Source: Schizochytrium sp. TIO01
Lineage: Eukaryota; Protista; Bigyra: Labyrinthulomycetes
Length of the DNA stretch: 64,000 nt
Assembly (NCBI GenBank): GCA_004764695.1
Contig: SMSO01000033.1
Location: forward strand, 558,001-622,000
Direction: 5' to 3'
The notes beneath the pieces are model-generated. The model did no database searches, was not told the DNA's origin, and saw only the letters and a list, made by a program, of their open reading frames with translations. Below, piece after piece: positions 11,101-21,300 of the stretch (position 1 is the stretch's first letter; the number at the start of each line of letters is the position of its first letter). The position numbers and the translations under genes are program-made.

Positions 11101-11997
11101 AGATATCTCTACACGTCGCATCTTATTTTTTCCGTAGGCATGAATATTGAATTTTCCGAATGTAGCCGTAAGGTCCGGATTGAGTATTCTCGTTGCCATT
11201 TGGAGTATTTTCTTTTGCAGAGTTACCTCCGAGACCTCATCAGAATCTATATTTTCCCCGCAAAGTTTCTTCTGCATTGACTTAAGTTTAGTAATTGTGA
11301 AATGTGATCCGTAAACAAAAGGCAAGGTGGCGTAGAGAGAAAGTGTCGCAAGGCCAAGGCCAAACAGGTACCCTGGAAGAATAAGTCCCCCAGCAACATA
11401 AGACATGGCTGATGCTCGACACGGACTAGAGAGCACTCGTTTGAGACATGTATTATACCACGCAAATCTCGTTGGTTCATAGCTTGGTTGTCCTATGACC
11501 CACACTACTCCACTCTCATCAAAAGGTTCAGGTACATACACTTCTAGATCACACAATATTGCTGACCTATTATTGCAAAGTTCAAGGTACTGAAGGATGC
11601 ATGCATCAAGCGTATGCACCATGCATCCTGTTGAGGGCCTCAGTCGCTGGCAGCAGGACATACCCGAAACGGATGTTTCGTATTCATGAATATGTAGTAT
11701 GTCTTCTCGAAGACACATCCTAGGAAAGCAAATCGTTGATACAGTTTCCAAATCATTCAATGGAACTGTACAGCAGCCTAGACATGTTTCCCTCTGGCTT
11801 TGAACCGCAAGTCGATCTGTAAAGTGTGCAATTGGTTGTCTGTCTGATTCTTCATTGGTTTCTTGAAGTACTGGGGTCGACAAAGGGGGATTAAGTTCAT
11901 TTATCAGCCTCTCTTGTACCACAGCGTCCATGATATTGTCACTTGCATCTCCCTGTTCAACCTCCACATCATATCTTCTACCCACATAATTTCTCAT
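8113..11997 (-). CDS. LRR + NEL-type E3 ubiquitin ligase domain + U-box-like domain protein (1294 aa)
   Basis: About 21-22 aa LRRs (LTSLPAGLTVEDNLYLGGC, ~10550-9730). NEL-like region with ADSLTACNDK (Cys codon 9307-9309) and DDVSIHLEFEIALRDDLNLPV. U-box-like DLINLEPIPDPVLVLPGHQVWSY. One N-terminal hydrophobic segment. Confidence 0.8.
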   Translation of the reverse strand: MRNYVGRRYDVEVEQGDASDNIMDAVVQERLINELNPPLSTPVLQETNEESDRQPIAHFTDRLAVQSQRETCLGCCTVPLNDLETVSTICFPRMCLREDILHIHEYETSVSGMSCCQRLRPSTGCMVHTLDACILQYLELCNNRSAILCDLEVYVPEPFDESGVVWVIGQPSYEPTRFAWYNTCLKRVLSSPCRASAMSYVAGGLILPGYLFGLGLATLSLYATLPFVYGSHFTITKLKSMQKKLCGENIDSDEVSEVTLQKKILQMATRILNPDLTATFGKFNIHAYGKNKMRRVEISNIEQGIHSWLVFSISANQHMPHLIVKNGHVLINVELETKQPVSTLNLFPMGFTVEEGSLIVVARTSMSPKSNEGEPSSPVNLHALEETSSAENENRPASPRIQFTAEVTSGHSLCLIGFGAEWKSNFQPVTNKMMIYRAALPLSHIQDPLSLSTHLQLVSCEIGTAPSMLTENLCGFSFRNCSKFLDIREVERWHIAGDVEIAGCSSLTQLPPETHIQGNLDLAGSSRIRTLPEHLYVSGDLNISDCLELITIGDPGQSIGGSVIATNCAQLCRIGKSLRHVKGSLHLENCSRLTSLPAGLTVEDNLYLGGCRRLKTLPISMGFVGGDLDLWNCKRLISLGTTRLDVGGSIILERCHSLRELPRSLRHVKGSLDLRDCKSLISLPQGLRVDGDLFLHGCKAISNLPDGLIVGGNLFARGCTSLRVLPEDLLIGGSVIDLSYCTRLEHVPLEVLRHPRVGQLCLYLPFTKLATDPIAQAALITLNRTLLNSAQIEFQVDMQHRNSSSSDNTDLQDSTRLTRAAEDFQIDQSRLSELIEPAYRQGVLDFLSRITGSQEYRNEDLRPVLQSRVAQVLHTIYSDPLVRPEMLTLMADSLTACNDKPIWALGRMEMMTEIARARGSALKLRQFGRRIMRLELVDQAALKYSLETMGDDVSIHLEFEIALRDDLNLPVRTSTLIYRRHIPEDVLDEVREEAQAITNAQFETWMTNWAEWQRHLRADALPLYRSLAPVILDPGDPPIDLDNAVDLINLEPIPDPVLVLPGHQVWSYADVCRQYIETGRDFMNRSIPLIEVTSTIRRVLDEERKLDTSGAESRRSLLRRALGFTPDPFFESVLAAQSKFTSRLRSLRPLSERVRRPFGGQWRFAMRDGSNQQDLSSSNMDEDDEDNENNENYFLDSENMPPDYASRYQARHSLTRALQGSHSTREVLELDAESDHGKDDLYDYDQVSLASLVRLKSAHLSMPSSFTKRTNPIRSTKRMSNALTPAPDIESMTR

Positions 11998-12931
11998 ATT
12001 GGAATCCAGTTTGAGGAAATAAACTTAAAAGATGGTATTGTCCCTCTCGATCCCAAACGATACAGCCTTCACGGAGTTGCGTTCAGAATAGCCTCTTGGT
12101 GGCGCTCTTAAGCGTGACGTCGCACACGACTCCAGAAACAAATCAGCAAGCAACGTAAGTGAATCTAAGCTCACCACTACTTCTATGGCAGAGAAAACCC
12201 TTTTGCAACTCAGGGCTCTTGTTAGTACGAGTGCTGACTCGAGTATCTAATTTGAGCTCAAGCAAAGTTATCTATCTCACGAAATGATTATCGTCTCCAC
12301 TCACTTGATCTTCAAACTGAGGTCAGCTACCTAGTTGATTTTTACTCTTGTTGCTATTTTGTGTCTAAGCTTGTAGGCGCTTTCCAGGCGAAGGCGATCC
12401 TTCTGTTGCGCAGCCGAGCCAGGTGGACCTTAACACAGCGTCCTTTGTGACGCCTTGGTGTTCGAAGCCAGCTGATTTGGGTCTGCTTTGCACTCGAGCA
12501 TCGGTTTAGAAGGCTTGTATCTCTTGAGGAGTGCCCGGCCCAGTTTCTCGCTTTTCTCTCCTTGCTACAGATTTTGTCGCGTGCACGTGCTCCAAAGGAT
12601 CGTTCCAGTGGTTCTGGTAGTTCCTTAAAAAAGAAGAAAAAGACATTAAAAATTATTTATCGCATAAGTAGGTCTTACCCCCCCCCCCCCAAAAAAAAGA
12701 AAGTTGCAGTGTGTACTCATAGGTAAAGCTACCCAATCGATATGTTTGTACCTTAAAAAAGAAAAGAAAAGGACGGCAAGTTGGTAGTGCTGGTGCAAAG
12801 GACATAAATAAATAAAATCATTTATGGTGTACTTAAGTTCACTCTGGACACGCCGTTGGTCACGTTGGCAATATTTTTGCGCGATTTACAGGTGTTGCAG
12901 TTATTTGTCTTGATTGTGTGAAAACCTCAGA

Positions 12932-12988
12932 AAGCGGCAAGCGGCAAGCGGTAAGCTGCAAGCGGTAAGCGGCAAGCGGTAAGCGGTA
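12932..12988. repeat. 7-bp tandem repeat (AAGCGGY) about x8
   Basis: aagcggc aagcggc aagcggt aagctgc aagcggt ... directly visible. Confidence 0.9.
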
Positions 12989-13884
12989 GGCAACAGTAGC
13001 AGAACACCAAAACGCCGAAGAAGAAGAAGAGCTAGTAGAGTGTGTCCCATCAAAAAGAAGCAATGGATTACTGCTACTAACTACCTCGAATTTCAAGTAT
13101 AACGTGACATTGAAAATTCTAGTGTATTCTAACACGCCTCAGGCTTTCGGGCGGTATGATTTTGTGCTCCCAACATTGATAATTTTTTTCTTTCTGAATT
13201 CAGAACTAAAAAAGGAACCTAAAAAAAGTGTAGTATTTAGCTAGGCTTGAACAAAGCATTGCTAATCTTATGAGCAGATTTATAGATCTATCAAAATCAG
13301 AGTCGTCTATGACTTCATGCTTATAGTACTAGTATAGCAAGGCGCTAACCCAGGAAAATATGACTGCAACTTAAGATTACCTTTAAACTGACTGATTATT
13401 ATTATATGCAAGTTAAAAGGGTCTAAAATAAAATCAGGTATTATGAAGACAATATTATGTTCTATCTTTGTGGCACCAAAGTCCAGTGATGCTGGCTGTT
13501 GCCAGTAAATTGCTGCAACTCATAAAACATCATCTGGCGCTCACAAAGACAGAGTGGGGGCTTATCAAAACAAATGAGTTACAAAAAAGAAACAAATCGA
13601 GAATTCTTTATTCAGGATATGGATTTCGTAGATTTGTGCAACCAACATTGTTTATCTCCATTTGAGAACTAAAGGGACTGTTTTGAGGCGAGAAAGTCGG
13701 ATCATAGACAACGTTTGATTCTTTAGTACAGCCTCCCTGCATATTTACATTTGAAAGTCACTGGCGCTCCCTCGGCACAAGTGCACATAAAATTCTTCCA
13801 CCAAGATAAGATTATTCATTTGAAAGTAAATGAAGCGTCAGAGCTTTGTGAGGTATAAAAGGAACTAGAATGATTTATACATTT

Positions 13885-15261
13885 TTATTTGCCACGGATG
13901 ACATCATTAACGCAATTAAACAAAGGAATAGGGTTTTTACCTTGAGCCTTAACCTTTTCAATTCGCTCCTTTGCAGCACGCTTAAAATCATCCAAGTCCA
14001 CAGCCGCCTGATCTTCGAGAACGCGGCTTTCAAAAATACGCTGCCTTCGTTCTTCGACCTCGCGTTCGCGCTTTTCTTGAGCTTGATTAAGCAGAATTGC
14101 TTGGTGCTCTCTTGCTGCCTGAAATTCAGCTTCGTATTCAAGGCGCTCAAGCTCCTCAGCATGTCTATTGTGCTCACGCCACCGTCGTGCAGCCTCACGG
14201 TCAAGATTATGTTGGTGTTCTTTCTTGTCGATGCGCTCTTTGATTTGCACTTTTCGGGATTCATCGATTGTGCGAGCGTAGGCGGCACGCTTATCAGCAA
14301 GTCGTTGCATGCGCTCGTCCTCAAGACGCCGAGCTTCGGCAATCTCTTTCTCCAATCGTGAGTTATTAGAGTCATTAATTTCTTGAAGTCTACGAATTCC
14401 TTGTTCGATCATTTCGTCACGTCGCTGCTGCTTGGATTTCTCAATCTTTTCAAACTGCGCCTTTTGGCGCGCCCGAAGAGCATCCTTTTCTGCAGCATAC
14501 CTTGCAATCTTGGCATCCTCCTCAGCTTCACGTGCAGCCATTTCTGACTTCATTTTCAGAAGCTCTTTATTAGCCTGAAGGACATCCTTCTGGTTCTGAC
14601 GGGCCGCCTCATCCCGTTTCTTCTGCATCTCAATTGCCTCAAGTTCTTGTTTGCGAGCAGCTTCTGCCATCTCTAGTCCAATAGCTTGCTCCTCTTTAAG
14701 TGCATCCACATAACGCTGGCGCACCTCCGCCAGCTGTTCCTGTTGCACTTGTGCAATGTGCTTAGCCATGGAGGAACGCTCATTTGTCTCCTTCTCTTCC
14801 CGTGCTTTTGCACGAGCCATTGACTCGCGTTCCATCTCCACGAAGCGCTGATTGTATTCAACCTCCGCTTCCTGAATACGCTGCTTAAGAGCAACTTGAT
14901 GATCACGCACATGAAGACAGTCACTAAGCCGCTCTGCAGAGGCAAGCCTCTTGGACTTGTCTGTGTTTCTGTAAATGGTTTTGGCTGCTTCATCAATGAT
15001 CTGCTTGCGTCGGGCCGCACGGAGTGAGTCTTCTTCGGCATCGATACGCAGCCGCTCGTTCTCTTGAGCATGAAGACGAGCACGGTAGTTTTCCTCCTTT
15101 TTCCGCCGCTGCGCTTCAATGGTGTCCGGCCATCGTTTCATTCGTTCCTGAGACATGAGTTGTTTTTCATCCCGACGTTTGTCACCTTCAGTCTTGGCAG
15201 GTGGTGCCACGAGGTCCTTGAAGGTCTCATATTGATCCAAGCTAATCCGACGCGGCGGCAT
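13885..15261 (-). CDS. CFAP210: TPH-domain coiled-coil flagellar protein, CFAP210/CCDC173-like
   Basis: Long E/K/R/Q-rich coiled coil with SQERMKRWPDTIEAQRRKKEE and IYRNTDKSKRLASA motifs typical of CCDC173. First ATG is at 15261 (the track start at 15306 is GTG). Confidence 0.7.
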   Translation of the reverse strand: MPPRRISLDQYETFKDLVAPPAKTEGDKRRDEKQLMSQERMKRWPDTIEAQRRKKEENYRARLHAQENERLRIDAEEDSLRAARRKQIIDEAAKTIYRNTDKSKRLASAERLSDCLHVRDHQVALKQRIQEAEVEYNQRFVEMERESMARAKAREEKETNERSSMAKHIAQVQQEQLAEVRQRYVDALKEEQAIGLEMAEAARKQELEAIEMQKKRDEAARQNQKDVLQANKELLKMKSEMAAREAEEDAKIARYAAEKDALRARQKAQFEKIEKSKQQRRDEMIEQGIRRLQEINDSNNSRLEKEIAEARRLEDERMQRLADKRAAYARTIDESRKVQIKERIDKKEHQHNLDREAARRWREHNRHAEELERLEYEAEFQAAREHQAILLNQAQEKREREVEERRQRIFESRVLEDQAAVDLDDFKRAAKERIEKVKAQGKNPIPLFNCVNDVIRGK

Positions 15262-15416
15262 CTTACCCCTTTCTTGAGCTTGAAGTCCACTAGCAGCAGC
15301 TTCCACACAACTCCTGTTCAGTCAATGCCAACGCTTGACAGGGTTTTGCAAATACGCCTTTAATAGCTGCGAGCTGACTAGCTGGCTGCCCTGTCGGCTG
15401 CCTGCTTGCACCTCAG

Positions 15417-15463
15417 CACGCACGCTAGCACGCACGCTAGCACGCACTAGCACGCTAGCACGC
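15417..15463. repeat. Short tandem repeat (GCACGCACGCTA)-like
   Basis: Directly visible upstream of the CFAP210-like gene. Confidence 0.8.
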
Positions 15464-16040
15464 TCGCTCACTTGAGGGTACTGAGCACAGCTGATGCAAA
15501 ACAATGCAGATGCAAAGGCAATGATTTGCAAAGCAAGCTTAAGTACCTAGAGTCCTTGAGCCATCAGAGGAACATGAGCGCACATGTTTTGTCACTTCAA
15601 CGGATCCTTTTAGAATAAGAAAACCATTTTGGTGTGTACTCGCTATTACTATGTGATGGTTGTAATCCCTACATATCACCTAGTAACAGGTACTAGTTAG
15701 GCCAAGTATTAAATATTTTCTTTGTGAGATTCATGTAGAAGGTTTTAGTGCCTCTATAATGGCATACACATTTTCGCATAGGTAGAAAAATTGCTCCATA
15801 AGATTGTTTTTGCTTTGTACATTTGGGACTCAATTAAGGCGAGAGATAAGCAACATCAATTTGAATTTCGTCGTAATGGTTGATAGGACGAGATGCTGAC
15901 GAGATGGTCCAATTGCTCTGCAAAATCTTCATTAAGTCTTTTGGGAAAGAAATTAAAAATACTCTTGATGTCTTAATTGTGTTACTTCTTCATTTCGTGA
16001 CATAAGGTCATGACTTGAAAGCAAAAACCTAACAAACTTT

Positions 16041-18302
16041 TCATTGGTGACGTGGGCGTTTAGCGTTGTCCATGCGCTCTTCATCTTCTTCCATAGTTGT
16101 TGAAGCAAGGACACGCGGACCCATAATTCTTGCAGCGTGCTCGTCATCGTCATCTCTTCGATGGCTCATCAACTCAGCGCGAATATCATCTGCCGCACTA
16201 TCACGCGTGGGTTTAGGTCCGAATGACTCAGCTTTTGCGCTTGGTGGGAGATCAGGACGCTGGCTGGCCACTGGGTCCTTGCGAATTGTTCTCTCAGAAG
16301 GGCGAGAGTTGGTTCGAATATCTTTACGAAACATAGGCAACGCGTTTGGCAAGATGATATCTTCCTCTCGAATTTTGGGCGCCTCAGAAGAGGCATAGTA
16401 AGCACGTTTCGTGGAGGCACGCCGGTGACTACTCAGTAGTGCACCCTTTGATGAAAGCTCTTTGTCGAAAAGCACCACAGTAGCTCCATTACTGCAGCCG
16501 ATAAAGATTTGGTTCAATTTGTCGTGCCATTGCACAGATACAGGTTTAATCACCATGGAAGATTTTACATCCTCATCATCGTCAGCAACTACCTGATGAG
16601 CATCTTTTTCAGTCTCCTCAATAAATTCTTTTATGCTCAATCGCAATGGACGAGATTTAGGATGTTCCACAGGGAAAATCACGAGGTCACCAAACGTTGT
16701 CTCTCCTGTGATAACAAATTTCCCATTTGGACTAAAAGTTAAACCAGTGCTTGAGGAGTCATTCTCAAGCCGTTCCGATGCAGAAAAGATTTCCCGATAG
16801 TCTCCACGGCGCACAGAAGAGTCCCACAGTTTCAATGTACCGTCTTGGCTTCTTGATGCAAGTTTTTTGCCATCGGGTGAAAATTGAACGCAGGTGATTT
16901 CTTTATCTGGGCTATGCGCAGAACGTACAGTAATGTCTGGGCGAATGTATGCCGCACTTGGACTAACATTCCATATTTGTAAAGACCCGTCAGAGCAACC
17001 GGCCACAATTCGGTCTCCTGAGGGTGTCCAAGCACAGCTGTGTACAGCAACCCGGGTAGCCCTGGCGGTTTTAGTCTTAATAATGCGCAGAGACATAAGA
17101 TGAGAGTCCATGAGTGTACGCTGACTACGCTCAAGATCCCACATACGAACCGTTCCATCAATGCCACTTGTAATGAACATAGTATTGGAAACAGGGCTCC
17201 AGGCTCCGTCCGTGATCATAGATGGATGGCCTTTAGTTTTGGTCATGTCCATCAAGTAGGGATCTCCTTTGGTTGTCCGAGTTTGCTCTCTAGCATCGCG
17301 GTCATAGATCACTGCTACTGAGTCGGCTAGAATTACAAGAAAAAGTTTACCTGTAGGGCTAAAACTTAGCGCACGCACTACCTGGTCTTCTACAGGTCGT
17401 ATTTCTCGGAAGGGCTTGTTCGATTCGTTCATTCCACCGAAATCAAAAATCGAGATCTTGCAGTCATTGCCACCCACAGCAAATCTTGAGCCTGCACGGT
17501 CGATCCCGATGGCACATACAGATTTAGTTTGGGCGTTGATGCAGATGTGCTCGCTATGTGGAACACCTTGGAAGAGCTTGCCTGATGCTGCAAGCGGCTG
17601 AGGTCCTTCGCTGTCATCGTCATCTTCTTCGTCATTGATAATCGAATTGACGTTAGGTTCAGATAGAGACTCTTCTGCTGCAGCCGTTTGTTTGAGAGTC
17701 TTGTAAACTGGAGCAGACGTGCTCATTTCAAGTGCAAGGCGATTAATCTCAGCCTGGCGTTGTTCACGGGTCATGCTTTCCTCATTCATTCTGGCTTGAG
17801 AATTAGACATTGATGTTGATGTTGATGTAGAAGTGTCAGTATCTTTAGCTGAAATAGATTCGGACTTTTCATTCGCCACACTCTTAAGTTGATACAGTTT
17901 TTTACTCGTGCCAAAGCGCAGCACATCTTGGGGGCTTCTTAATGGTACTGGAACATTGGCCTCCAGACGCTCATCATTAATGAATGTGCCCTGGCTCGAG
18001 CCCAAGTCGATGACAACCAACTCCGACTTTCCTGCGTTTGTGAAAACCGGCACCAGAGCTGCATGGACCCTCGAGAGGCTTCCATGGTCCACAACAATAT
18101 CGCAGTTCTTCTCTTTCCGGCCTAGCACCACATATGGCTTCCCGTTGGACTCTGCTGGCCCATGCTTAGAGCCCGAAGCGACGGCCAGACCACCAATATC
18201 TAGTACCTCGCGAACTTCGGTCTTCTTGGGTTTCCGAACCTCTAACACAGCTCCAGACCAAACTCCGCTGGCATTGGCAGCCACTTGACTTGCGATCTCC
18301 AT
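16041..18302 (-). CDS. WDR70: WDR70/GAD-1-like WD40 protein with N-terminal FHA domain
   Basis: FHA motifs (VLGR, HGSLSRVHA, DLGSSQGTFIND). WDR70 signatures FDFGGMN..KPFREI, KGDPYLMDMTKTKGH, WHDKLNQIFIG, IILPNALPMFR, RKDPVASQRP. Confidence 0.85.
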   Translation of the reverse strand: MEIASQVAANASGVWSGAVLEVRKPKKTEVREVLDIGGLAVASGSKHGPAESNGKPYVVLGRKEKNCDIVVDHGSLSRVHAALVPVFTNAGKSELVVIDLGSSQGTFINDERLEANVPVPLRSPQDVLRFGTSKKLYQLKSVANEKSESISAKDTDTSTSTSTSMSNSQARMNEESMTREQRQAEINRLALEMSTSAPVYKTLKQTAAAEESLSEPNVNSIINDEEDDDDSEGPQPLAASGKLFQGVPHSEHICINAQTKSVCAIGIDRAGSRFAVGGNDCKISIFDFGGMNESNKPFREIRPVEDQVVRALSFSPTGKLFLVILADSVAVIYDRDAREQTRTTKGDPYLMDMTKTKGHPSMITDGAWSPVSNTMFITSGIDGTVRMWDLERSQRTLMDSHLMSLRIIKTKTARATRVAVHSCAWTPSGDRIVAGCSDGSLQIWNVSPSAAYIRPDITVRSAHSPDKEITCVQFSPDGKKLASRSQDGTLKLWDSSVRRGDYREIFSASERLENDSSSTGLTFSPNGKFVITGETTFGDLVIFPVEHPKSRPLRLSIKEFIEETEKDAHQVVADDDEDVKSSMVIKPVSVQWHDKLNQIFIGCSNGATVVLFDKELSSKGALLSSHRRASTKRAYYASSEAPKIREEDIILPNALPMFRKDIRTNSRPSERTIRKDPVASQRPDLPPSAKAESFGPKPTRDSAADDIRAELMSHRRDDDDEHAARIMGPRVLASTTMEEDEERMDNAKRPRHQ

Positions 18303-21300
18303 CTTTGCAGCGCACAGTAAGAGACTCTATACGTGGATTCTGGTCGAGCTGCGACTTCCTCGCTTTCCACAACGAGGCATCGTCTTCATTCTCCCTTAGT
18401 ATCTTGGTGGTACTTAGCGATCTACACTAATTCTTTTTAAAATTGAAAATAAATAATGATAAGGTTGACTTACTTTCTGCATAGGGCTTAAGGTATCTAT
18501 CTATCTATCTATCTATCTATCAAATGACCATCATGATATGATTTTTATTATTGATGACTAAAGACTCAGGGATTGACTAAATAAAAATGTATGCTTGTGC
18601 CAAGTACGAATACAACATGGGAGAGCAAGCTCTTTTGCAAAGAAGGCTACAAATTAGCCACATGTCATCTAAGGTTTTGCGTTAGGAGCAGGTTGAGGCT
18701 CACCAACGTTGGCGAGAGCTTGTGGCTCCTGCCTTCCAATTCGAAAGATGGAGAATAACTTTGAGAGCGCTCTACTATAGTAGGTCCTTTCTAAAAAGAG
18801 TGTGGCCCAGAGTCAATGGGCCCATTGCTCAATGGACCATCGCTTCATCTGCTGGCTTGATTGCGGCATCTCAAAATTATGATTAGCTTGAAGACGTAAT
18901 ACGGACCATACGCTAAGTCACACTGACTGGCTAATGTTTGAACGCGCAGTGCTTGGGAAGAATAAGATTTTAATTTTCAGCTTCAATAAAGAACAAGAAC
19001 CATTTATAACACCCCATATGTCATCATACTGAAGAATTAGAAAGTATACGAGTATAATTTGTTAAGTTGTAGATATTAGATCACGTATCAATTATTGTAT
19101 CAAGTTCTTAGTCGTCCAGTGCAACAACCTGCAACAGGACAATATTAGAAGCTAAAGTATGACTTGAAATTCAACATTCTAAAGAAACGTAGAGTCGCAT
19201 AACCAAGCCTTCCGTTATTTTTCTTTCGAACTCAACCTTGTCGTTGTGCGCTCTCACTCAATTAGCCTTTAGGACCATATGTATGGTTCATTGTCACTTT
19301 CATCATAATAAGAGAGACCACATGACATGATAGATTTTCACACAAAATAAAAGCTACTTCTACTACAAACAAATTTGGTATGAGGATATGCGTTTTTACC
19401 ACTGGCATGTGAAATGATTTATTTAGGTTCGGATGGAGTATCTACTTTCCTGCCTAGCCTCGGTCGTTAGAGTGCAACTGGAAAAAACATCTTTGACTCG
19501 AGGAGATGTAGAGCGCTTGATACGGCACATTCAAATTTTGAGTTGGAAGCTAATTTGTAGCCTCATCATGATCATACCACATCAAAAAGGTTGTCATTGT
19601 AGTTTGATATTCTAAAAAACTAAAAGAGTTGGCCAAGTCAGGTCTTCCTAGACCCAGCCATAGAGCCCTAGCCATTCATTTTTGTAGCAGCCTGGCTGGC
19701 AGCATCAGAAACAGCTGGTGAGCTACGTTTTTGCAAAACGGAAGATACTCCGCCTCTGGCACCTTTTCAGATTCCAGCGTCGTTCGTTTGCTACGCTAGC
19801 TAGGTACTGACTGCATAGGTACCTCTAGTCTAGAGGGAGTATTTCGCCATTCTGAATTGCTGTGCCAGCGCGTGCAGAGGAAATAGAAGAAGCAGCAGAA
19901 GAAGCTCCTGAAGTCTGCAGTCGCTAACAAATTGGATAGTGGCCAATAGATTGGGTCGAATCATCCTAGTCCGTGTTCCTCATAGGGTTGTAAAAGGGTA
20001 AGATCAGCAAGAGAGTTTGAGCGAGGGATACAAAACCCTTCCAAATTACTATTGCTATCATATAGGCACCTAGTTGCTAGTCAGAACATAGGTAGTAGTA
20101 GGTGCTCTGCGAAATGCTTTTTCTGGGATTAAAAATAAACTTATAAAGCTCTGCAGACTCCAAGTGTATATTCTAATTAGAATATGGGCCCTACGAGATT
20201 ACAAAGGCTTTTCTTTGACAAGAGGCGGCAAAAGTTTCAGTGTGGCTAGTAAATCATCTAACAAGTTTGAGCCATGGACTCTCCTATTATCGTGACGCAA
20301 GACATAAAGAAAAAGGTCAAATTTTATGAAAAGTCAAGATAGTCATGGAAACTCCATACAATTGTATGCTACTACCGAGGTACTGCACTGCAAACTTCAA
20401 GCTTCATGATCGTACCTAGTGCCTAGTAGCTTCTTGCATTGACAAGAGTTGCACTCCACTGTCTCGATTGAACTTTCACACTTAGTGATTGGGTGATAAA
20501 AATAAACATTGACCCCAATGCTAAAGAGGTTACTAAATTGCTCCCGAACCACGTTGTTTCTCCGGCTTGGTCCTCGAGACCTCTATTTCTACTACTTAGC
20601 CAGTCGATGAAATAAGGGCCAAGATGCCGATTGCTCCTCGACGCTTAACGACACATGAATACTTTAGAAAGGCTCTCGTACAGGCTAACTATACGTATCT
20701 ATAGCAGTGCACGCACGTGCAAATAAGAGATTCTCAACTTGTCTGCTACAGTGAATACTGAACCTAAGGTGTCGGGGGAGTCGCCAGTTGCTTAGCGAGT
20801 TTGACATTCGAGCGGCGCTATTTCGATACTATCGATTATCTTACCATCGTCGATGAGGGTACGATTGTATCCTCACCTATTCGCAGTCAGGCACTCTGCA
20901 AATAGATAATCCTCCTGCCTCGGTGTCGCAATTGGAACTCCAAGTGCGTCTTGTGGAGAACTTCATTTTTTAAACAGTGAAGAACTGCAGTCTCACTAAT
21001 CAGAGATAATGAGTCACAACGTGAACATCTTTTGGCTTTAATCGCTCATGGAAGAACTTGAACTGTTGAAATTAGTGTGGAGGTACCCAATTATCTTTGC
21101 AGTCCGGTCCAGAGCAATAGACCAAGTCGGGCCGAGACCCCAAGTTTGTTCTCCCTACTTTCAGGTTTGCAAATCGTCATTGCAACGACAAAGGAGCTTG
21201 AAGCTGTTGCTAATCCGATCAATAAATCATTTGCTTTGGATCTGGCTGAGCATTTGATGTTGGCTTGACCAACCAAATCCTTGCTGGAATAACCTACAAT

